This document shows, piece after piece, positions 57,173 to 64,000 of a stretch of DNA of 64,000 nt; within the stretch, counting starts at the first letter, position 1; the number at the start of each line of letters is the position of its first letter. Under the pieces are notes generated by a model that made no database searches, was not told the DNA's origin, and saw only the letters and a program-made list of their open reading frames with translations. Source of the stretch: Corallochytrium limacisporum Hawaii (lineage: Eukaryota; Protista; Pluriformea); the NCBI GenBank assembly GCA_002811645.1, contig PDIP01000064.1:30521-94520 (forward strand). The letters are read 5' to 3'. A program made the position numbers and the translations under genes.

Positions 57173-58310
57173 GGTTTCAGGTATACTTTCTGTCAAAGGC
57201 TGACTGCTTTCCTTTGCCACGAAGGTTTGAAAGTTGTTCGTGCAAGTGATGTGATCATCTGAGCAGAAACTGAAACACCTGTCCACACCTCCAATCTCAT
57301 AGTGTCCCTTTGCCTTCAGCGGTCGGTCCGTTTCCTGCTCCGATCCCAGACTTGGAAGTCTGAAGACTGCAGTGCACTTGGTTATATGGTCCCACCAAGC
57401 CAGCCATCCCATGTGTTTTCCTCCCTCCCCTCTGTGGGTCAGCAGCCACCACGGAGGCAAAGCTTTCGTGTCCGCGGTGTCTTAATGGTGATTCATATGC
57501 AGTACGGACGTATAGAATTTCTCGAGACATGAACACATTCAAAACTATCTTTGCTAGGGCTATACTTCAGGTTTAGAAAAGAGACCTATCGCATGATCGG
57601 CAATCAGTTTGGATCTCTCCGGCTCGTTCAAGGGTACGGTGCCAAATGTTGTCCAATAACACCGGTACATTTACAACCGCGTAGGGATTCTCCGAAAATG
57701 ATAGTACGCGCTTTCGGTGCCAAGTTTTGCTGGCCTTACGCTCCGGTGTGCTGCCTTCGCCCCGTTCCCCCGGAGGAGGGGGGGCCTTAATTCAATTGGT
57801 GATCAAAAATGGACTCCCGTGTCGGCTCCGTCGGGGTCCACAAAGGAGCGGAAGCCTGCACTACGCATCCGTTTCCCAGTTGGCCTCCCTGCCCAATGCG
57901 CGTTCGGTCGCCCAGTTTGGGTGAGCGTGTGGCAGCTGCCCGACTACAGCGGGAGCCCAGAAAGGGGGGAGGGCACAGAAGAAAGTGCCCAGTCCCAGAG
58001 CAAGCTAAGAGTGGGGACACGGGAGAAGGGGAAAGGGCGTTTCGGGCATCTGGCTGGACTTGCAAAGACATGGCGCATTCCTGCATAGTGAAACCTATGG
58101 AGCAGCAGTGAGTGAAGGATGGGATTTATGCATCCAAGTAAGCCATGACCAGCGTCAGAAATGACAATGGTATATAAGTATATCTACGATTCCAAAGTGC
58201 ATGATCATCAACTTTATTGCATGTCATTTCTCCAGCACACACTCTCTCTCCATGCTACACCGAATCGGACTGTTACGAAGAAGCCAGTATACACTTTCAC
58301 TGAGCGCATC

Positions 58311-59568
58311 ATGTCTCCCGTAGTATCAATAGATATGGAGGACGACTCCGGCCCTCGGATTACCGGTGAGTTTCTGAAGAAACTGTGTAGGGGGACCGAA
58401 GGACTGTACGGTACTCCGTCTCTGAATGACACACTCTGCCTACACTACGAGGGATTCAGCAAAATCGAGGATCTCGAAGAGTACACTGGTCTGAAGAGCC
58501 TGTGGCTTGAAAGCAACGGTCTCACAAAGATTGGGGATTGGAAAGCCAGGTGAAGCTAAAATGCCTGTATTTGCACGAGAACTGCATATCTAAGATTGAA
58601 AACTTGTCCCAGCTCCAGGAACTCGACACCATTAATTTGGCCAATAACATGATCGCAGACCTTGAGGGTATTCAAAACCTACACAAGCTTACCACCTTGT
58701 ATCTGGCACACAACTGGATCGAGTCTGTAGAGGCTCTACAGCCTTTACTGAAGTGCACAGAACTACGCACCTTGGACCTCAGCCATAACAAGATCAGCCC
58801 AGCGACCCGGCGGCCGTCGATATATTGGCAGCAATGCCAAACCTGAACCTGCTGGTTCATACCGGAAACCCAGTCAGTCGTGAGATCAAGAATTACCGCA
58901 AAATTATCATCAGTCGCTGCAAGGTTCTCAACTACCTCGATGAACGCCCTGTTTTTGACAAGGATCGCGGCGCGATTAACACCTGGGCTGAGGGCGGGGT
59001 GGAGGCGGAACGGAAGGTGCGTGAGGAATGGACAAAACGGGATCAGGAGAGAACCCGCCGGAGCGTGGATGCACTGAGTCGTCTGCAACAGGAGGCTGCT
59101 GCACAGAGGGAACGAGGCCTGTGAATCCGCATCATACCGCCTGCGGAAGCGAGAGGCAGTTCAAGGAGGCGTGTCCGGCATACGAAAAGTACGACTCTGT
59201 CACTGAGGATGTGGCAGAGGTACCTGAACACAATGTCCAGATCATTGAGGCAAAGATAGAAAGCAGCCAACGTTTAAATGGAGACAAGTCGGGACAATGT
59301 CGTATTGGCGATAATCAGACGAAGGAGACGCAGGGAGATGCTGCCCATGCTGCAGCGAGGATGATTTCCATCTACCACAGCTTGAGCAGGTTACTGAGGA
59401 AGACTCGCTCACTACGGGCAGAAGCCCTTCATTGCTGAATCAGATCAGAAACCGTTTCAATCCCTGGTTCTTGAGGCAAATGCCAGTTCTCCATCAGCCC
59501 TTGATGCCGACAAAAAGAAACCGCTGGTGCAAGTTATGGACGAGCTCTGTGTTGATGACCTCGACTAA
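58311..59568 (+). pseudogene. DNAAF1: Disrupted dynein axonemal assembly factor 1 (DNAAF1/LRRC50/ODA7)
   Basis: GPRIT..LKKLC...[37 protein letters not shown], LRRs and NYRK...LNYLDERPVF.KDR...W.EGG.EAE are split over three frames. There is a 1-nt loss at GGGG 58533-58536, an extra CCAGC at 58799-58803 and a TGA at 59122-59124; acidic tail fragments end in DDLD* at 59568. Confidence 0.85.
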
Positions 59569-59819
59569 ATTTCAGACCTGGCACACATGGTGTCGTAAAT
59601 CATGTTTCCAAGGAAATCCAATCAACAGGAACTTCCGCCATGTAGCATGTCCACATGAATTCAATACAGGTAAACAATCATACATCATCTGATCAATGGA
59701 CATTAGAGAAAGAGAAAACTCGATGGCAAAGCAAAAACTGAAGTGATTTGCGAACATGCTCCTGAAGCTAGGTTCTAATTTCGCAGTTGCATTTTATGGT
59801 CTCCCCTGAAGGACACAAT

Positions 59820-60077
59820 CTACTGGGTGCCGTACTTGTCAATCAGGCCCTGGACAACAGCAATGTACTTTTCCTTGGCATCTTCCTGGGACATGCCCTT
59901 GATCTTCTCCCAGGCGTCGTACTTGGCGCGGCCCTTGGGGTCGAACATACCGGGGCGAGCTCCAGAGCAGTCGCCGATGGTACCCTGCTTGAACAGAGCG
60001 TACATCTCCAGAAGCTCATCGTTAGAGGGAGAAGACTTCAAGGTCTTGGCCTTGACTGCAGCAGTATCGAAATCCAT
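59820..60077 (-). CDS. ACBP: Acyl-CoA-binding protein
   Basis: PSNDELLEMYALFKQGTIGD...RPGMFDPKGRAKYDAW..KGMSQEDAKEKYI. Confidence 0.95.
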   Translation of the reverse strand: MDFDTAAVKAKTLKSSPSNDELLEMYALFKQGTIGDCSGARPGMFDPKGRAKYDAWEKIKGMSQEDAKEKYIAVVQGLIDKYGTQ

Positions 60078-61487
60078 GGTGATAACTTGTCTTGTGAAAC
60101 TACAATACGTGTTGATGTAGAACACTTCATGCTGCTCCAATTCCTGCGGCGCAGCCCAGGAAGTACCCGACGGACTGCCTGAATTTCCGCTCACTTTAGA
60201 CAGCACCCATCAACAACAACGAGCCATCCGCCCCAAATGTACACAGGACTCCTTCATATCCGGTACTCAGCGTGGACTTTCCAGATGCGTTTTGCTCAGG
60301 GTAGCGTGTTCAATGGTTTCCCAAGCGCCCGTTTGTTGTGCCTATGGTGTCCCCTCTCATCTTCTTTGGTTGAAGAATATAGGAGAATCTTACTGTGCAT
60401 ACACTGGGCACCAATCAATCGTGCACTACCATACCTTCACCCCCTACTTTCCAACCTGGTGCAGTACACCCAGTACTTTTCTGCCGCAAGGGCACGGACA
60501 CACAAACGAAAGAGTTATTTTGGGAAACAAGGACCATTTTGAGGGGCCGGGACCGTCGGATGTGTGCTCTGTGTCTGCACTGATTCTCTCGCTGCACACC
60601 AAGCGTGATCATTAGAGAGGAATAAAAATCTAGTGCTCGTTCGGATGCACGATAAGTATGGTCTGCCCCCAAAACTCCCTCAACGACAAAAGTCACACGA
60701 GAATGAATGCAGGCCGCTGTGCGGTAAGCCAGCATAATTGAGGCACTTTATGTCTTGATAGAAGGCACAAGGTTAGTGACAAGGGATACCTTCTAGCGCA
60801 TAGACTGTTCCCCTCTGCTTGTCACGAGGTTTGTTCGCAAACGAAACAAACGTGCCTCGGAGACTGCAGAGATTTTTGCCGTTCCAGTAACCGAGCCCGT
60901 GGACAGTAGTGCATAAGCATCAAACACATGCGTTCGCATGGTACCTGTAGTAGTTGGGGTCCATATGTCCAAGGAAAGAAGTATATACTGCCAAGGGAGA
61001 GGTTTTCCGGCAGGTGATGAATCCTCTTCGATTGCCTGCCCCATCCCTGCGACATCCCAGCCGCCGTGCTATATATACGGCCATGGAAACCTACGCCACT
61101 GCGAGGTCACACTGCGGACATCTGCCACAGCGTTTGCACGGGGTAGGGTTCTTGCCTTTTGATATTGATTGTACCCACTGACCGGGACCCACAGTTGAAA
61201 CTGACACGTAGAGCAGTGAGATCCACCGGTGCGTGTACCAGGTAAACAAAATGCATGCCCACGGAAGCTCTTTACCCACTGTGCCGCCCCCATCCCTCCC
61301 TCCCCGGGGGGGGGTGCCTTTTGGATCTGCGGGTTCAATAGTTGCAAAGTGAGCTCCCCAAAAGTACAATTTTCACGGGCATTCCAAAAACGCAACTACC
61401 AACGATGGCTGGGCTGATGGCGAACGTGTGGTAACGAAATTGTTGATGGCAAACAGATTGGGAACTAAATTATGTAATGATTGATCA

Positions 61488-62804
61488 TTAATCCTCCATT
61501 TGCTGCTTGGAGTTCGGATCAAACCCGGGTGGGTAGGTGCTCCAGGCAGCCAGGACGGAGCGGGGGCCATAGAAGTAGTTGCGGCCATGACCGATCTGAC
61601 GGTTATCAATGATGACAATGTCGCCCTTTTGGTGTTCACCAATGACACCGTACTTCCAGAGCAAGCTGCGAATGTGCACCATGTCTTCAGTGGGAATGTC
61701 AGAACCGTCACCGTAGTAAGAGTTGAGGGAAACATCACCATTGTACAACCAATAGTAGCCGTTCATAATTGCGCGCGTGACCACGCTCAAGAAAGCAGGG
61801 TACCAGCGCTCTTCACGCACCGCTGCAGTCTCATGTTCCATGTGTTGGGCTTCGATGTGGAAGGTAGGAACATGGTTGTACCAGATCTCGCGGCCGGTGT
61901 GGGGGTGGTGAGTGCGGCCGGAGTAGATGTCATGGAGAACCAGAACATCACCCTCCCACTTGGGGTGCAGACCCTCAGATTCAGCAAGACGGAAGGCTTC
62001 ATCCCTGTCTTTAGTGTTGAACATGGTCTGCCAGCTCTTTGTCTTGAGAAGGTCCCAAGTGCTATGGCTTTCATCACGGTACTTGCGGATGGTCTTCATA
62101 CCGTGCTTCTCGAACTTGGCCTTGACAGCGGGATCCATGTTCTCCCAGACCGCTTCGTTATCGAACAGAGGAGTCTCACCACCGACAGGAGATGGCTGTT
62201 CGGCAAAGAAGTGCAAGTTCTTCGGACTGGTGTGCTGCAGGAAGCTCATCTCACTGTGCTGCGGAACCTGCAGGTAGTATGGGAATTCAGAGGCCGCAAA
62301 GACATATTCAGTGCCCGGGATCTTGGGTCGCTCAGAAACGCCAAGGTAAGTGTTGTTCAGCCACGGGTCAAAGGCAGTGATGACCGTCTCAAAGTCTTTC
62401 GGGGAGGACAAATCAAATCCGCGGAAACGAATCGCGCCGTGCTTAATAAGGGCCTTTTCGAAAACGTCGTGGTTCTTGGTGACATATTCCGCCAGGAACT
62501 TAGCATCTTGGCCAGGGGTCTTGGGTGTCAACTGCAGAGGGAAACCGCGGAGGGGATCGGCCAGCTCGGCTTTCACCAGATCGTTGGTGAGTGTATTTAC
62601 TGCAGTGGTATCCTTGGCGCGATGAGTCGGCTCCGTCAGGGTCTTACGATGACTCCAAATTTTCTGACCCGTGGGAAGGACCTGGGAAGGCTTGACGAAC
62701 TGCACAAACAGGGCAACAAGCAAAGCCTGAATGGCAAGGAATCCCAGGAAGTACATCCCGAGGCGAGAGGAACCCTTGGGCTTGCTTACCTGCTTTACTA
62801 CCAT
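61488..62804 (-). CDS. TauD/TfdA-family (SyrP-like) 2OG-Fe(II) dioxygenase with an N-terminal membrane anchor
   Basis: HGAIRFRGF, QHSEMSF (HxE), GGETP, WYNH and DNRQIGHGR motifs; N-terminal TM. Confidence 0.85.
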   Translation of the reverse strand: MVVKQVSKPKGSSRLGMYFLGFLAIQALLVALFVQFVKPSQVLPTGQKIWSHRKTLTEPTHRAKDTTAVNTLTNDLVKAELADPLRGFPLQLTPKTPGQDAKFLAEYVTKNHDVFEKALIKHGAIRFRGFDLSSPKDFETVITAFDPWLNNTYLGVSERPKIPGTEYVFAASEFPYYLQVPQHSEMSFLQHTSPKNLHFFAEQPSPVGGETPLFDNEAVWENMDPAVKAKFEKHGMKTIRKYRDESHSTWDLLKTKSWQTMFNTKDRDEAFRLAESEGLHPKWEGDVLVLHDIYSGRTHHPHTGREIWYNHVPTFHIEAQHMEHETAAVREERWYPAFLSVVTRAIMNGYYWLYNGDVSLNSYYGDGSDIPTEDMVHIRSLLWKYGVIGEHQKGDIVIIDNRQIGHGRNYFYGPRSVLAAWSTYPPGFDPNSKQQMED

Positions 62805-64000
62805 TTTGCAAGTTTACATTTGATCTTGCAACTTCAAAGTACATCATTTATTCAAGCGTATTGCTAATCTTGCTTTACTGGCGACCTCTTATACCTCAAA
62901 ATGGCAGTCACATGAAGCTATCCATGACGTGTGGTGGTGGGCTGCGGTCGCAAATTCCTTCAGGGAAAACTTCGCTTCCTACGCCGCGTCCCCATTCCCT
63001 TCTCCCTCCGCTGATCCCTTCCTTTGCACACTAGGACAACTGACACCTCATCGCGGTGAAATTTTTGGCTATGCTGCTTCCGATCTGCGAGCTCTGAGAT
63101 TGCGTACTGAGCGCATACAGACGGCAGCGGTTAAACTGCTTGCGCGATAGTCGGAAGGACCGGAAAAGATCTCTTCACGGAAGCCACGCGAGTAGTCGAA
63201 TTAGTCCTGTATATTCACTACAAAAACTAGTAGATATTCGTTCCTGATTGGTTTTTGATCGGTCCCCGCGCTTGCGTTGCACAACTGGAAGTACTCGTCC
63301 CCAGACCCATCTCCGTCCGCTTTCCTTTGGAAGCAGGAAACGAAGCCTTTCCGGGCCAGACGGTGGCTTACGGGGCGGTGGGCCGCCCACCAGGGGGCCC
63401 CCCCTCCCTAACCCCTCTGGGGGGGTCTCTTTTCTTGTTTGTTGCAAATTCTCATTAGGGGTTCAGGTTTTGAGTACCTGGTCCTGGATGGATGAAAGGG
63501 GGAGGAGAGAAGATGGGTGGGGGGCGTTGGGACCGAGCGACATTACATAGTCTCGGAAAACAGGGAGGAGGGGGCCGTCAGGGGAAGGAAATCAGAGGTT
63601 GGTATCCCTTGTCTTGGAGAGATCCGGGGTTTTTCGCTAGGGCCCCTCCCCAGGGAGAGAGAAGCCCTGGGGCGGCCCCCGAGCCGGGGGAGCCGGCACA
63701 CAAAAGATGGAGTTCTGGACAGGGCAAATGGAGAAGGGAGCTGGTGAGCCCCGGTAACAAAAACCCAAAGGCAAAAAAAAAAAGAGGGGGTGCACAGGCA
63801 GGCGGACGCGGGAGTGAGTGGTGGACGGAGACGGGAAGCAGCGGGTTGGCGGTGGTATACTCACCAGCTCAAACCAAGGACGGGCAGTTTTCCTCTGCTC
63901 CCGCCGTCGTACCAACCTCTGTTCAATAAAAAAGTGCAGAATTTCGAAAAACCGGTGTTCAACAAAAATTTGCACAATTCGTGATTGTTAGCCCAAGCGT

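Noticed and set aside
57173-57460. N-terminal extension of LYS9 in the ORF track (similar extensions on ACBP, BLCAP and mannosidase)
   Set aside because: Arises from TTG/GTG start calling; homology begins at the downstream ATG
58525-58810. Micro-introns as the explanation for the DNAAF1 frameshifts
   Set aside because: No GT..AG pairs at the lesions, and homology runs right up to both sides, leaving no removable sequence at the first site
60415-61044. Short minus-strand ORFs and a CACTAAC...CACAG motif between ACBP and TauD
   Set aside because: No recognisable homology or coherent gene model
61500-62867. 455-aa ORF antisense to the TauD gene
   Set aside because: Non-ATG start and no motifs; a shadow ORF caused by codon bias of the sense gene
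1-64000. CRISPR arrays, transposons, rRNA or tRNA genes, telomeric arrays
   Set aside because: No repeat-spacer arrays, transposase/RT ORFs, terminal repeats or rRNA-length matches; only isolated TTAGGG words

Overview
Gene-dense, almost intron-free nuclear DNA of a unicellular eukaryote. By inference it is a holozoan or opisthokont: animal-like CABIN1, BLCAP, SLC25A46 and ARMC2 occur with a stand-alone fungal-type LYS9, which would fit Corallochytrium or a similar intron-poor lineage, but this is not proven. About 21 mostly single-exon genes are recognisable: AlkB alkane monooxygenase, NTE/PNPLA6, an HNH-like protein, SLC25A46, two membrane-anchored 2OG-Fe(II) dioxygenases, ARMC2, GH38 alpha-mannosidase, CGI121, an SLC6 transporter, EXOC5, CABIN1, a PLAC8 protein, KIN17/Rts2, BLCAP, LYS9, ACBP and several hypothetical proteins. 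Two main hidden signals were found. (1) An ORF-free ~0.9 kb stretch (51.3-52.2 kb) directly upstream of KIN17 consists of three consecutive spliceosomal introns. Each carries one box C/D snoRNA with rRNA antisense guides: SNORD46/snR63-like, a dual 18S-U1288/LSU-U2729 guide, and SNORD31/snR67-like. Introns therefore appear to be retained as snoRNA carriers in an otherwise intron-purged region. (2) The flagellar dynein assembly gene DNAAF1/ODA7 is broken by several frameshifts and a stop, while the flagellar gene ARMC2 is intact, which suggests ongoing flagellar gene decay. All family and rRNA-position assignments are from recalled knowledge; no searches were run.
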